From the NCBI GenBank assembly GCA_964387145.1, contig CAYLVM010000001.1, positions 52,549 to 116,548 on the forward strand: a stretch of DNA of 64,000 bases, in the 5' to 3' direction. Source of the DNA: an uncultured Acidimicrobiaceae bacterium. Lineage in GTDB: Bacteria > Actinomycetota > Acidimicrobiia > Spongiisociales > UBA5794. The notes beneath the pieces were generated by a model, which saw only the letters and a list, made by a program, of their open reading frames with translations, had not been told where the DNA came from and did no database searches. Shown here piece after piece: positions 35,945 to 45,959 of this stretch. The position numbers and the translations under genes were made by a program. Numbering within the stretch: the first letter of the stretch is position 1; every line of letters begins with the position of its first letter.

Positions 35945-37740
35945 CAGCCCGCCGGAGTGTCCTCGACCTCGGCCCAGGCATCGAGTACCTCGCGTCGCAC
36001 CTCGATCCCGAGATCGGCGAGTTGATCCTCTTCGACACGGCTCGGAGATCCCGTGAGAGGATCTGCCCCCGTCTGGGTCTTCGGGAACGGGATGATCTCA
36101 CGGATGTTCGGCTCGTTGCGCAAGATGCTGACGAAGCGATCGATCCCGATCGCGAACCCCGCATGGGGCGGGGTGCCGTACCGCAGCGCCTCGAGGAACC
36201 AACCGAAGCGGGATCTGGCATCCTCGTCGGAGATACCCATCACTTCGAAAACCTTCGCCTGCGTTGCAGGGTCATGGATTCGGACGCTCCCCGACCCGAG
36301 TTCGGTGCCGTTGAGGACGAGGTCGTACGCCTTCGAGACAGCGGTCTCGGGAGACGTGATCATCTCATCGAGGTCCGCAGGTGCCGTGAAAGGATGGTGC
36401 GCCGGGGACAGCGCACCATCATCGCCGACGTCGAACACGGGGAAGTCGACCACGAACGCGAAGGCGAGCTCGTCGTTGTCATCGGGCTGGCCGTGATCCA
36501 GGCGCAGCTGTCCGAGCACACGATGGACGACCTTCGAGGAATCGCCAACGATCAGCACCGTGTCACCGGGGTGAGCTGTCGTTGCTTCGACGATACCGTC
36601 GAGTTCGGCCTCGGAAAGGAACTTCGCTACGGGTGAACGTAGCGAACGGTCCTCTTCGACGACCATCCATACGAGGCCCTTGGCACCGAGCTCCTGCGCC
36701 CTTGCGACCTGTGCATCGAGACCCGATCTTGCGAGACCGAGTGGTCCGGCGTTGATCGCAGCGACCGTGCCTCCTCCCTCGAGCACGCCGGAGAAAGCCT
36801 TGAACCCCGTCTCTTGGAACACGTGCGAGAGATCGACGATCTCCATGGCGAAGCGGACGTCCGGCTTGTCCGAGCCGTACCGGCTCATCGCTTCGGCATA
36901 GGTCATACGTGGGAAAGGCGTCTTTGGTACGACACCCCGAAGATCCTCGACGACGCGCACAGCAACCTTCTCGAGGACATCGAGAACGTCGTCCTGGCCC
37001 CAAAACGACCCCTCGAAATCGAGTTGTGTGAACTCGATCTGGCGGTCGGCTCGGAAGTCCTCGTCCCGGTAGCACTTGGCCACCTGGTAGTAGCGCTCGA
37101 CACCACCGATCATGAGCAACTGCTTGAAGAGCTGGGGTGACTGTGGGAGCGCGTAGAAGTTGCCTTTCCGCAGACGGGATGGGACCAGCATGTCTCTGGC
37201 ACCTTCAGGCGTCGAAGCGATCAGTGTCGGGGTCTCGACCTCGAGGAACCCCCCTTCGTCCATGACCGAACGCATCGCTCTGATCGCCCTGGAGCGTGCA
37301 CGAAGGTTCTCGGCCATCCGGTTCCGACGCATGTCGAGGTACCGGTACTCCAGCCGTAGCGTCTCATCGATGTCGGTACGGTCGTCGAGCTGGAACGGCA
37401 ACACGGCCGATGGGCTCAGCACGATGAGTTTCGATGCAACGACTTCGACCGTACCCGTTGGCAACTCGTCGTTGACGGTTCCCTCGGGGCGAGGACGCAC
37501 GGAACCGACGATCTGGACGCAGTACTCGAGGCGTATGCCGCGCAGGACATCTTCGGTTGCAGGCCGATCCTCAGGGTTCAGAACAACCTGCACGATGCCG
37601 GATGCATCACGCAGATCGACGAAGATCACTCCCCCATGGTCTCGACGACGCCCAACCCAACCGGCCAGGGTCACCTGGTCTCCAGCGTGCTCGAGCCGGA
37701 GCTCACCAGCACCAATCGACTTCATCGGGCCTGTAGCCAT
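35944..37740 (-). CDS. aspS: Aspartate--tRNA ligase
   Basis: 598 aa with class II motifs: FRDEDLRADRQ-like, GSGSVRIHD and GIDR. Confidence 0.95.
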   Translation of the reverse strand: MATGPMKSIGAGELRLEHAGDQVTLAGWVGRRRDHGGVIFVDLRDASGIVQVVLNPEDRPATEDVLRGIRLEYCVQIVGSVRPRPEGTVNDELPTGTVEVVASKLIVLSPSAVLPFQLDDRTDIDETLRLEYRYLDMRRNRMAENLRARSRAIRAMRSVMDEGGFLEVETPTLIASTPEGARDMLVPSRLRKGNFYALPQSPQLFKQLLMIGGVERYYQVAKCYRDEDFRADRQIEFTQLDFEGSFWGQDDVLDVLEKVAVRVVEDLRGVVPKTPFPRMTYAEAMSRYGSDKPDVRFAMEIVDLSHVFQETGFKAFSGVLEGGGTVAAINAGPLGLARSGLDAQVARAQELGAKGLVWMVVEEDRSLRSPVAKFLSEAELDGIVEATTAHPGDTVLIVGDSSKVVHRVLGQLRLDHGQPDDNDELAFAFVVDFPVFDVGDDGALSPAHHPFTAPADLDEMITSPETAVSKAYDLVLNGTELGSGSVRIHDPATQAKVFEVMGISDEDARSRFGWFLEALRYGTPPHAGFAIGIDRFVSILRNEPNIREIIPFPKTQTGADPLTGSPSRVEEDQLADLGIEVRREVLDAWAEVEDTPAG

Positions 37741-38951
37741 GCGATGATCTCCTTCGTTTCTATCTCTGATTGTTCACCGGAGGCCAGGTCCTTGGCCGAG
37801 ACACGCCCAACGGCCCATTCGTCTCCGATGACGAGTGCCACCGACGCAGAGCGACGGTCGGCCTCTTTGAACTGTGCTTTGACCGACCGCCGAACATCGG
37901 TCATGTCCACGCGTAACGAGGCGTTGCGGAGCTGTGAGACGAGCCGTCTGGCATCCTCGCGCCTCGACTCGTCGACGAGAACTACGAAGGCGTCGAGAAG
38001 GGGCCGATCCGCGATACCGGTAGAGGCGAGCAGGATCCGATCCACACCCATTGCAAGGCCGACCGCAGGCGTCGGTTTCCCACCGAGGAGCTCGAAAAGC
38101 CCGTCATAGCGCCCTCCCCCACCGACGCTCGACTGTGCAGCATCGTATCGGGTTGGAACGTACTCCCACACGGTACGGTTGTAGTAGTCGAGGCCACGTA
38201 CGAGCGATGGGTCCAGCGTGTAGGGGATCTCGAGCGATTCGAGTCCCTCACGGACCGCTGCGAAGTGCTCTGATGCCTCTCCACCGAGGAACTCGTCCGG
38301 CTTCGGTGCACCGGCAACGATCTCGGCATCGACCTTCGAGTCGAGCACGCGCATGGGGTTCGAGTCGACCCGTCTCTTTGCGTCCTCAGACAACTCCTCG
38401 TAGTGCTCGTGGAGGAACGCTCTGATCTCCTCGTGGTACCGGGCACGATCATCCGGGTCACCTATCGAGTTCAAACGCACCTCGACGTCCGGAACGTTCA
38501 TCTGCTCGAGATAGCGGTATCCGAACTCGATCACCTCGATGTCGGCTTCGGGTGCTGCAGATCCAAGGTACTCGACGCCCCCTTGATAGAACTGGCGTAG
38601 TCGACCCTTCTGCGGGCGTTCGTAGCGGAACATCGGGCCCCAGTACGACGCCTTGAGCCGACCCTGAACGCCTCCTGCCTGGATCGCGGCTCGCACCACC
38701 GACGCGGTCGCCTCAGGGCGCAATGTCACGGACCTGCCGCCCTTGTCCGTGAATGTGTACATCTGCTTCTCCACGACCTCTGTGTCCCCCCCGACACCGC
38801 GTGCGAAGACCTCGGTGTCTTCGAACATGGGCGTCAGGACGAGTCCGTATCCGAACCGTTCGGCGAGTTCGTCGAAGATGCGATGGGCCTCGCGCCATCG
38901 CCCGGAATCCGGTGGAAGGACGTCGATGGTCCCCTTCGGTGCGCGGAACAT
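37722..38951 (-). CDS. hisS: Histidine--tRNA ligase
   Basis: MFRAPKGTIDVLPPD...RYDG...GGGRYDGL. The start is the internal Met at 38951. Confidence 0.93.
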   Translation of the reverse strand: MFRAPKGTIDVLPPDSGRWREAHRIFDELAERFGYGLVLTPMFEDTEVFARGVGGDTEVVEKQMYTFTDKGGRSVTLRPEATASVVRAAIQAGGVQGRLKASYWGPMFRYERPQKGRLRQFYQGGVEYLGSAAPEADIEVIEFGYRYLEQMNVPDVEVRLNSIGDPDDRARYHEEIRAFLHEHYEELSEDAKRRVDSNPMRVLDSKVDAEIVAGAPKPDEFLGGEASEHFAAVREGLESLEIPYTLDPSLVRGLDYYNRTVWEYVPTRYDAAQSSVGGGGRYDGLFELLGGKPTPAVGLAMGVDRILLASTGIADRPLLDAFVVLVDESRREDARRLVSQLRNASLRVDMTDVRRSVKAQFKEADRRSASVALVIGDEWAVGRVSAKDLASGEQSEIETKEIIAWLQAR

Positions 38952-38953
38952 GG

Positions 38954-39610
38954 TCACAACAACTCCTGGAGAAACGGGTTGAGCCTTCGCTCGGCGGCAA
39001 GCGTAGTGCCAGGACCGTGTCCTGGGAGAACCCTCGTCTCGTGTGGGAGCGGGATGACCTTGCTTGCCATGGAAGCCATCAGCGTGTCGTACGACCCACC
39101 GGGGAGATCGGTCCTGCCTATGGAGCCCTGGAAGAGTTGGTCGCCGGAGAAGAGAACCGCTTCGTCCGCGACGTGGAAACAACAATGACCGGGGGTGTGC
39201 CCCGGCGTGAACAGAACATCGAAGGACACGCCCGCAAGGTCGAGACGCTGACCATCGGACAGATCACTGAACGGTGCTGCGATCACCTCGGTTCCGAGAT
39301 CACCGACAGGCTGCCCGAGAAGTGCCCGAAGCTGTTCGCCGGGGTGTCTTGCCATGTCGACATCGTCGGGGTGCAGATACGCAGTGACCGTTGGAGATAC
39401 GAGACCGTCGATGCCCCCGACGTGGTCGATGTGCCCGTGAGTCACGAGCACGGCGATCGGCGTCAGATCATGACGGGCGAGGAGCCTCCCGACGCCGTCG
39501 GGGTCGGGAGGTGCGTCGACGACGACCGCCGGCCCACCGCGTTCGGCAGCAACGACGTACGCGTTCGTCTGGAAGTGCCACAGCGGAGCAAGATCGATGA
39601 GCATGGTCAT
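38954..39610 (-). CDS. MBL-fold metallo-hydrolase (hydroxyacylglutathione hydrolase-like, Rv2581c-like)
   Basis: THGHIDHVGG...PGHTPGH. It lies between rel and hisS, as in mycobacteria. Confidence 0.85.
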   Translation of the reverse strand: MTMLIDLAPLWHFQTNAYVVAAERGGPAVVVDAPPDPDGVGRLLARHDLTPIAVLVTHGHIDHVGGIDGLVSPTVTAYLHPDDVDMARHPGEQLRALLGQPVGDLGTEVIAAPFSDLSDGQRLDLAGVSFDVLFTPGHTPGHCCFHVADEAVLFSGDQLFQGSIGRTDLPGGSYDTLMASMASKVIPLPHETRVLPGHGPGTTLAAERRLNPFLQELL

Positions 39611-39626
39611 GGTGGGGCCTCTCGGG

Positions 39627-41846
39627 TCACAGGACGAGTCGGTACGCGTCGTACACCCCGTCGATGGACCGAAGGCCACTGAGGACGTACTCGAGTGCTT
39701 CTCGGTCTGAGAGCTCTATCTCGTAGCGCAGGAGAGCGATACGGTCTCGTCCCGTGACCGAGGAGGACGCGTGGATGTTGGCGCCGTAATCCGACAGCGC
39801 CGCGGTGACATCTCTCAGGAGCTTGGTGCGGTCGAGAGCCTCGACCTGGATCCACACAAAGAACGTTCCCGTTTGCTCGGCCGCCCAAGCAACGTCGACC
39901 ATGCGCTCGGACTGCATCGTGAGCGCACCGACGTTGGCACAGTCGGATCGATGGACGGAGACGCCTCTGCCGATAGTGACGAAACCGACGATGTCATCAC
40001 CGGGCACCGGTCCGCAACACTTCGCCATGCGTACCAGCATGTCTTCGAGTCCTTCGACCACGACGTCGCCCACGGTTCGCTGTCGTCTCTTGTGAGGGAC
40101 AGGGAGGCGTTCGGCGACGACCGCCTCTGCGGAGTCCTCTGGTTTGAGGCGCCTCGCCACCCGCTGTGAAACGGTTTGGGGGCTGGTTCGGTTCTCTCCC
40201 ACGGACATGTACAGCGAGTCGATGTCATCGAATCCGAAGTCTGAGGCGACGCTCTTCAGCTCACCATCTATACCGTGGAGGGGAACACCGTCGCGCCGCA
40301 ATGCCTTGGTGACTGCATCCTTCCCTTCGGCGAGTGCGGACTCCCTTCGCTCCTTCGTGAACCACCCTTTGATCTTCGACGTCGCCCGTGAGGACTTGGC
40401 GAACTCCAACCAGTCCCTGCTTGGGTGGGCATCCTGGCTGCGCGAGGTGATGATCTCGACGATGTCACCGCTCTCGAGCTCTGTCGAGAGTGGAACAAGC
40501 CTTCCGTTGACCTTCGCTCCGGAACAGCGATGCCCAACGTCGGTGTGGATGCGGTACGCGAAGTCGACCGGTGTGGCGCCCTTCGGGAGGGTCTTGACGT
40601 CCCCACGAGGCGTGAGGGCGAACACCTCATCCTGGTACAGATCCAACTTGAGGTTCTCGAGGAACTCCTTTGGATCTTCGGCGTCGTCCTGGATGTCCTG
40701 GATGTCCTGGAGGACGGGAAGATCGTCATCCCCACTCGATCCTTCCTTGTACCGCCAGTGTGCAGCGATACCTGCTTCGGCCCGCTCGTGCATCTCATGG
40801 GTGCGGATCTGGACTTCCAGGGGTTTCCCGCCCGGGCCGACGACCGTCGTGTGCAACGACTGGTAGAAGTTGAACTTTGGCATCGCGATGTAGTCCTTGA
40901 ACCGTCCCTGGATCGGGGGCCACAACGTATGGACGAGACCGAGTGCCGCGTAGCAATCGCGAACTTCGTTCACGATGATGCGGATACCGATGAGGTCGTG
41001 GATGTCTTCGAACGCGAGCCCGGAAGCAACCATCTTTCGGTAGATCGAATAGAGGTGCTTCGGGCGACCCGTGATCTCGGCCAGGATCCCTGCGTCTGCG
41101 AGAGACTTCGAGACATCGTCTATCACCTCGACCAGGTGCTGTTCACGTTGGGGCGACCGCTTCGTCACGGCTTCGGAGATCTCGGCCATCCGTCCTGGAT
41201 GGAGGATCGCGAAACACGTCTCCTCCATCTCGTGCTTGATCTCTTGCATGCCGAGACGGTGGGCAAGAGGGGCGTAGACGTCGAGCGTTTCGGAGGCGAC
41301 CCGTCGTTGCTTCTCGACGGGGAGGGGTGCAAGCGTCCGGATGTTGTGTGTTCTGTCGGCAAGCTTGATCACCAGGACACGGATGTCCTTGGCCATTGCC
41401 ACGGCCATCTTGCGAATGGTCGCTGCTTGGGCGAGTTCTCTGCTGGAGAACTTGATGCGATCGAGCTTCGTGACGCCATCGATCAGGAGTGCCACCTCGT
41501 CGCCGAACTCGGCTCGCACACCTTCAAGGGTGAGGTCGGTGTCTTCGACCGTGTCGTGCATGAGGGCAGCAGCGAGAGAAGCCTCGTCGAGTCCGTAGTC
41601 CGCAAGGATCTCCGTCACGGCAAGGGGGTGAACGATGTACGGATCGCCGGTGGCACGCTTCTGTCCCCGATGCTGTTCCTCGGCGACCCTATATGCCCGT
41701 TCGAGCAGATCGGTGTCCTTGGAAGGGTGGGCGCGTGTGAATGAAGCAACGATATCTTCGAACATCTCGTCTGGTGTTCTGCCTGCGACTGCCGAGTCGA
41801 CGAAAGTGCCCGTTGATACGGCGTCGGATCCAGGCTCTTCACTCAT
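39627..41846 (-). CDS. rel: Bifunctional (p)ppGpp synthetase/hydrolase Rel (RelA/SpoT)
   Basis: The HD domain reads HRGQKRATGDPYIVHPLAV...HDTVEDT. The synthetase, TGS and ACT domains follow; 739 aa. Confidence 0.96.
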   Translation of the reverse strand: MSEEPGSDAVSTGTFVDSAVAGRTPDEMFEDIVASFTRAHPSKDTDLLERAYRVAEEQHRGQKRATGDPYIVHPLAVTEILADYGLDEASLAAALMHDTVEDTDLTLEGVRAEFGDEVALLIDGVTKLDRIKFSSRELAQAATIRKMAVAMAKDIRVLVIKLADRTHNIRTLAPLPVEKQRRVASETLDVYAPLAHRLGMQEIKHEMEETCFAILHPGRMAEISEAVTKRSPQREQHLVEVIDDVSKSLADAGILAEITGRPKHLYSIYRKMVASGLAFEDIHDLIGIRIIVNEVRDCYAALGLVHTLWPPIQGRFKDYIAMPKFNFYQSLHTTVVGPGGKPLEVQIRTHEMHERAEAGIAAHWRYKEGSSGDDDLPVLQDIQDIQDDAEDPKEFLENLKLDLYQDEVFALTPRGDVKTLPKGATPVDFAYRIHTDVGHRCSGAKVNGRLVPLSTELESGDIVEIITSRSQDAHPSRDWLEFAKSSRATSKIKGWFTKERRESALAEGKDAVTKALRRDGVPLHGIDGELKSVASDFGFDDIDSLYMSVGENRTSPQTVSQRVARRLKPEDSAEAVVAERLPVPHKRRQRTVGDVVVEGLEDMLVRMAKCCGPVPGDDIVGFVTIGRGVSVHRSDCANVGALTMQSERMVDVAWAAEQTGTFFVWIQVEALDRTKLLRDVTAALSDYGANIHASSSVTGRDRIALLRYEIELSDREALEYVLSGLRSIDGVYDAYRLVL

Positions 41847-41855
41847 CCCGTGAGT

Positions 41856-42965
41856 CTACCGACGTTTACGCCTCTGCTTCGGTGGCCTTGCAACCGGTAC
41901 GGTGCTGTCCGACGTGCCAGGAGGAGTCTCGATCTTCTTCTCGTCGGTCTTTTTGGCCCGCTTCTCGTCGGCCTTCTTCTTATCGACTCTCTTGGTGTCG
42001 AGCACGGCATCTTGACCGGTACCTGAGCGTTTGGCAGCCTTGCGTTCGCGACGTTCCCACTCGGGTTCCGTGATCTTCCACCGAGCCAGGAGCGGCGCTG
42101 CGACGTAGATCGACGAGTACGTGCCGACCGCTACGCCGATGAACAGTGCAAGAGCGAACTCTTTGAGCGTCTCGGCTCCGATCGCCAGGAAGCCAACCAG
42201 CAGCAGGGAACCGACGGGGAGCAGCGATGTCAGCGACGTGTTGATGGAGCGCATGAGTACCTGGTTCATGGACAGGTTCACGATGCTCGTGTACGTCGTG
42301 CGTTCATCCTGATCGTGGACGTTCTCTTTGACTTTGTCGAAGACGACGACGGTGTCGTAGAGCGAGTACCCGAGGATCGTGAGAACTGCGATGATGGTTG
42401 CCGGCGTGACGACGAACCCGATCAAGGCGTAGATCCCCCCCGCGATCATGAGGTCGTGGAAGAGCGCGGTGAGCGCAGCAGCCGCCATCTTCCATTCGAA
42501 GCGCCACGTGATGAACAGTGCCACAACGATGAGGAAGACAATGAGCGCTTCGAGCGCCTTGCGAGTGACCTCGGCACCGAACGTCGGCCCGACCGCCGAC
42601 ACGTTGAGGTCGTTGACATCTGCGCCGGCGGCGGTGGCGACCGCCGCCGTGAGCGCATCCTGTTTGTCCGCGGTCAGGGACTCTGTTTGGACGTGGATGA
42701 ACCCGTCTCCGGTGATCTGCACACGGGCGTCCCCGTATCCGACCGAGCGTAGTTCAGTGCGCATCGCCTCGACGGAGACGTCTGCCTTGTTCTCTACCGT
42801 GATGAGCACGCCACCCGTGAAGTCGATCGACAGGTTGAAGGGCCGTACGAGCATCATGACGATCGAGGCGAGGACGAGGGTGAGAGAGACGATGAGGGTC
42901 TTGCGGGAGATGGCGACGAAGTCGAAGGTCGTGCTTCCCTGGTACATACGGGTGAGGACACTCAT
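41856..42965 (-). CDS. secF: Protein translocase subunit SecF (with a ~70-aa Lys/Arg-rich C-terminal tail)
   Basis: It has the SecF transmembrane core, and the C-terminus reads ...KRVDKKKADEKRAKKTDEKKIETPP...PPKQRRKRR. Confidence 0.92.
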   Translation of the reverse strand: MSVLTRMYQGSTTFDFVAISRKTLIVSLTLVLASIVMMLVRPFNLSIDFTGGVLITVENKADVSVEAMRTELRSVGYGDARVQITGDGFIHVQTESLTADKQDALTAAVATAAGADVNDLNVSAVGPTFGAEVTRKALEALIVFLIVVALFITWRFEWKMAAAALTALFHDLMIAGGIYALIGFVVTPATIIAVLTILGYSLYDTVVVFDKVKENVHDQDERTTYTSIVNLSMNQVLMRSINTSLTSLLPVGSLLLVGFLAIGAETLKEFALALFIGVAVGTYSSIYVAAPLLARWKITEPEWERRERKAAKRSGTGQDAVLDTKRVDKKKADEKRAKKTDEKKIETPPGTSDSTVPVARPPKQRRKRR

Positions 42966-44461
42966 GACGACACCTCCGCTGCCTCGAGCACGTGTTCTCG
43001 CTCGCCTTTGCCCATGGCGCCCTTCATAGAGAACACTCCTGCCTCACCGAGAGGGCCCCGGCCCATGAGATATACAGCAGGCCTCGTGAAGAAGTAGGCG
43101 ACGATGACGTCGACGAGTGTTGCGATCCCGAGGGTGAGAGCGAACCCCTTCACCTGCCCCATCGCGAGGACGAAGAGCAGCACAGCACCGAGGAACGTCA
43201 CCGTGTCACCGGTCAACACTGTGCGGTACGCGCTCGTGAATGCGTGATCGATCGCAGGGCGCAGACCGCGTCCGAGATGGAACTCTTCCTTGATCCGCTC
43301 GAAGTACACGATGTAGGAGTCCGACGTGATACCGACGGACACAATGACACCGGTGACTCCTGCAAGTGTCAAGGTCGTCCCCTGGGTCTGGCCGAGGAAG
43401 ATGATCGTCCCGACCAGGAGTGAACCGAACACGGTGAGACCCGTGATCGAGATGATGCCGAGAGACCGGTAGAAGAACAGCATGTATCCGGCAACGAGCA
43501 GCAGGCCGAACAATCCGGCAGCGAGGCCGGCCTTGAGTGAATCGGCGCCGAGCGAGGCGGAGATGGATTCGACACGTTCACGTTCGAACGTGGTCGGCAG
43601 GGCGCCGTAGCGGAGGATCGCAGCAAGGTTCTGTGCTTCCTCTTCGGCGTTCTCAGCGTTGCCGACGGTGATGATCACGGCGTTCGGGTCGAGGCCCACT
43701 CCCGGCTGCACCTCATCGGCGACTGCCGGAGCCGAGAACACCACCCCGTCGACCACGATGGCCAGTTGCCGTTGGGGACTTCCCGACGGGAAGTTGGCGA
43801 GGTAGCCGGTCGCTTCACCGAACTTCTTTCCACCTTCGGATGTGAACTCGGGAACGACGACCCACTGCCCTCCGAAGCCCCCCGATGTGAACTGCACACG
43901 GGCATCCGTGATGTCGGCACCGGTCGGGAACACGACGGTACCCGATGGCGTCGTCACCACGACGCCGTCGACTTCGTAGACGCGGAGGTCGTCCTGTGAT
44001 GGAAGGTACGCCCGCTTCGTGACGTCGTCTGCAGCGGTGAGACCCGTCACGGGGTCGAGGCCCTCGGGATGGTCTCCCTCGGGTGCGGTGAGTGCCGGGG
44101 ATGCCCGGAACTCACCGAGTACGGCTCGAAAGGAGAGCTCACCGGTCGTGCCGACTGCCTGAAGCGCCCGCTCCCTGTCGGTGACACCGGGCAACTGGAC
44201 GACGATTGCACGACTACCGACGACGGCGACTTCAGGTTCCTGAACGCCACCGAGGTTCTCGATGCGGCGACGCATGATGTCGGCGGCCGTGTTCAGCGTG
44301 TCCTGATCCGTTCCCTCCGGCGCAACGAGCGTGACGGCGAAACCGCCCTGCAGGTCGAGTCCGAGTTTCGGTGCCCAGCCGAGGGCAAGCATCCCTGCAA
44401 GGGAGCCCCACGCGATGGCGACCGTGACGATGAGCGTGATCCACGCCTTCTTACGGGTCAT
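42962..44461 (-). CDS. secD: Protein translocase subunit SecD
   Basis: 499 aa with an N-terminal transmembrane segment, a periplasmic domain and a C-terminal 6-TM bundle. Confidence 0.93.
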   Translation of the reverse strand: MTRKKAWITLIVTVAIAWGSLAGMLALGWAPKLGLDLQGGFAVTLVAPEGTDQDTLNTAADIMRRRIENLGGVQEPEVAVVGSRAIVVQLPGVTDRERALQAVGTTGELSFRAVLGEFRASPALTAPEGDHPEGLDPVTGLTAADDVTKRAYLPSQDDLRVYEVDGVVVTTPSGTVVFPTGADITDARVQFTSGGFGGQWVVVPEFTSEGGKKFGEATGYLANFPSGSPQRQLAIVVDGVVFSAPAVADEVQPGVGLDPNAVIITVGNAENAEEEAQNLAAILRYGALPTTFERERVESISASLGADSLKAGLAAGLFGLLLVAGYMLFFYRSLGIISITGLTVFGSLLVGTIIFLGQTQGTTLTLAGVTGVIVSVGITSDSYIVYFERIKEEFHLGRGLRPAIDHAFTSAYRTVLTGDTVTFLGAVLLFVLAMGQVKGFALTLGIATLVDVIVAYFFTRPAVYLMGRGPLGEAGVFSMKGAMGKGEREHVLEAAEVSS

Positions 44462-44781
44462 TTCTCGTCCTCCGTGACCTTCTCCGCAACGGCTCGCTTG
44501 ACGATACGGATCGTGCTTCCGCCGAGGTCGACCGTGAAGACCTCGTCATCCTCTCCAACGACCCGACCGAGGATGCCCCCGATCGTCCGTACGTCGTCGC
44601 CGACCGTGATCTCGGATCGAAGCTGTTCCATCTTCTTCTGTCGCCTTCGCTGGGGAAGGATCAACAGGACGTAGAACAAGCCACCGAGGATCAGGATCGG
44701 GAACAGAAACGCAAGAATCGAGCTCCCGCCCGCTGCGGCTTGAGCCATGAGCGGCACTGGGAAGTATGCAGATACGGTCAC
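44458..44781 (-). CDS. yajC: Preprotein translocase subunit YajC
   Basis: A single transmembrane segment plus ...QRRRQKKMEQLRSEITVGDDVRTIGGILGRV. Confidence 0.88.
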   Translation of the reverse strand: MTVSAYFPVPLMAQAAAGGSSILAFLFPILILGGLFYVLLILPQRRRQKKMEQLRSEITVGDDVRTIGGILGRVVGEDDEVFTVDLGGSTIRIVKRAVAEKVTEDEK

Positions 44782-44834
44782 GAGGGTGAGCCTCCGGGAG
44801 GGGTATGGCTGCTCCGTACGGGAACCCTGAGATG

Positions 44835-45959
44835 CTAGCGCCCGGCGAATCCAAGTCCCTGCTTCCGACGTGCAACGACATCTTTGTGGAAGGCAGCGAA
44901 GGATCCTTGGGAGATGTGACGCCTGACGTCGGCCATGAGCCGGTACGTGTACGCGAGGTTGTGCAGCGTGAGCAGCCGATGCCCGGTGAGTTCACCTGTG
45001 CGGTACAGGTGCCTGATGTGAGCCCTCGTGTAGCGTCGACATGCCACACAGTCACACGTCTCCTCGAGTGGACGAGCGTCGTGCTCCCACTCCCCACGTT
45101 TGATCGACATGTCGCCGGCTCTCGTGAGTGCCTTGCCGTGTCTCGCGAGCCTCGTCGGTATGACGCAGTCGAACAGATCCACGCCGTGGGCGATCGCATC
45201 GAGAAGACCTTCTGTGTCGCCGAGTCCCATCACGTAGCGAACACTCGACGGTGGCAGCTCCGGGATCGTCGCTTCGATCGCCTCTGCCCGTTCCTGTGGC
45301 GTTTCGCCGACGGCGAGGCCACCGATCCCGAAACCTGGGAATCCGATCGCGGCGGTTTCGCGGGCCGAGATACGCCGCAACTCCAGATCCGATCCACCCT
45401 GGACGATGCCGAAGAGTGCTCGATCGCTTCGCTTCTTGGCTGCCTTCGAGCGCTCGGCCCATCGCAGCGTCTGGTACATCGCCGTCTCCGTCGCCTCACG
45501 GGGCGCCGGGAGACCAACCGGTACGTCGAGTGCCATCGCGATGTCTGCTCCGAGCGCTTCTTGGACGGCGATCGACCGTTCCGGGGTCAGCTCGATGCGG
45601 GATCCGTCGTATGAGGAGGCGAACACGAGGGTGTCCTCAGAGATCGTCGGCGACAGCGAGAGCACCTGGTACCCCCCTGAGTCGGTCAGGATCGGCCTGT
45701 CCCACGCCATGAACTCGTGCAGGCCGCCGAGCCGCTCGATGACCGATTCGCCAGGCCTCAACATCAAGTGGTAGGTGTTGGACAGCACGATCTGTGCTCC
45801 GAGCCGATCGAGATCCTCCGTGTCGAGAAGCTTCACGGAAGCCCGCGTACCGACCGCCATGAAGTTCGGAGTTTCGACGTCACCGTGGGGTGTCGACATC
45901 ACACCGGTGCGAGCCGACCCATCGACCGTCGAGGTCACAAAGGACACGGGTTCGCTCAT
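44835..45959 (-). CDS. tgt: Queuine tRNA-ribosyltransferase
   Basis: TPNFMAVGT...LTDSGGYQ... and the zinc site CDCVACRRYTRAHIRHL. Confidence 0.95.
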   Translation of the reverse strand: MSEPVSFVTSTVDGSARTGVMSTPHGDVETPNFMAVGTRASVKLLDTEDLDRLGAQIVLSNTYHLMLRPGESVIERLGGLHEFMAWDRPILTDSGGYQVLSLSPTISEDTLVFASSYDGSRIELTPERSIAVQEALGADIAMALDVPVGLPAPREATETAMYQTLRWAERSKAAKKRSDRALFGIVQGGSDLELRRISARETAAIGFPGFGIGGLAVGETPQERAEAIEATIPELPPSSVRYVMGLGDTEGLLDAIAHGVDLFDCVIPTRLARHGKALTRAGDMSIKRGEWEHDARPLEETCDCVACRRYTRAHIRHLYRTGELTGHRLLTLHNLAYTYRLMADVRRHISQGSFAAFHKDVVARRKQGLGFAGR

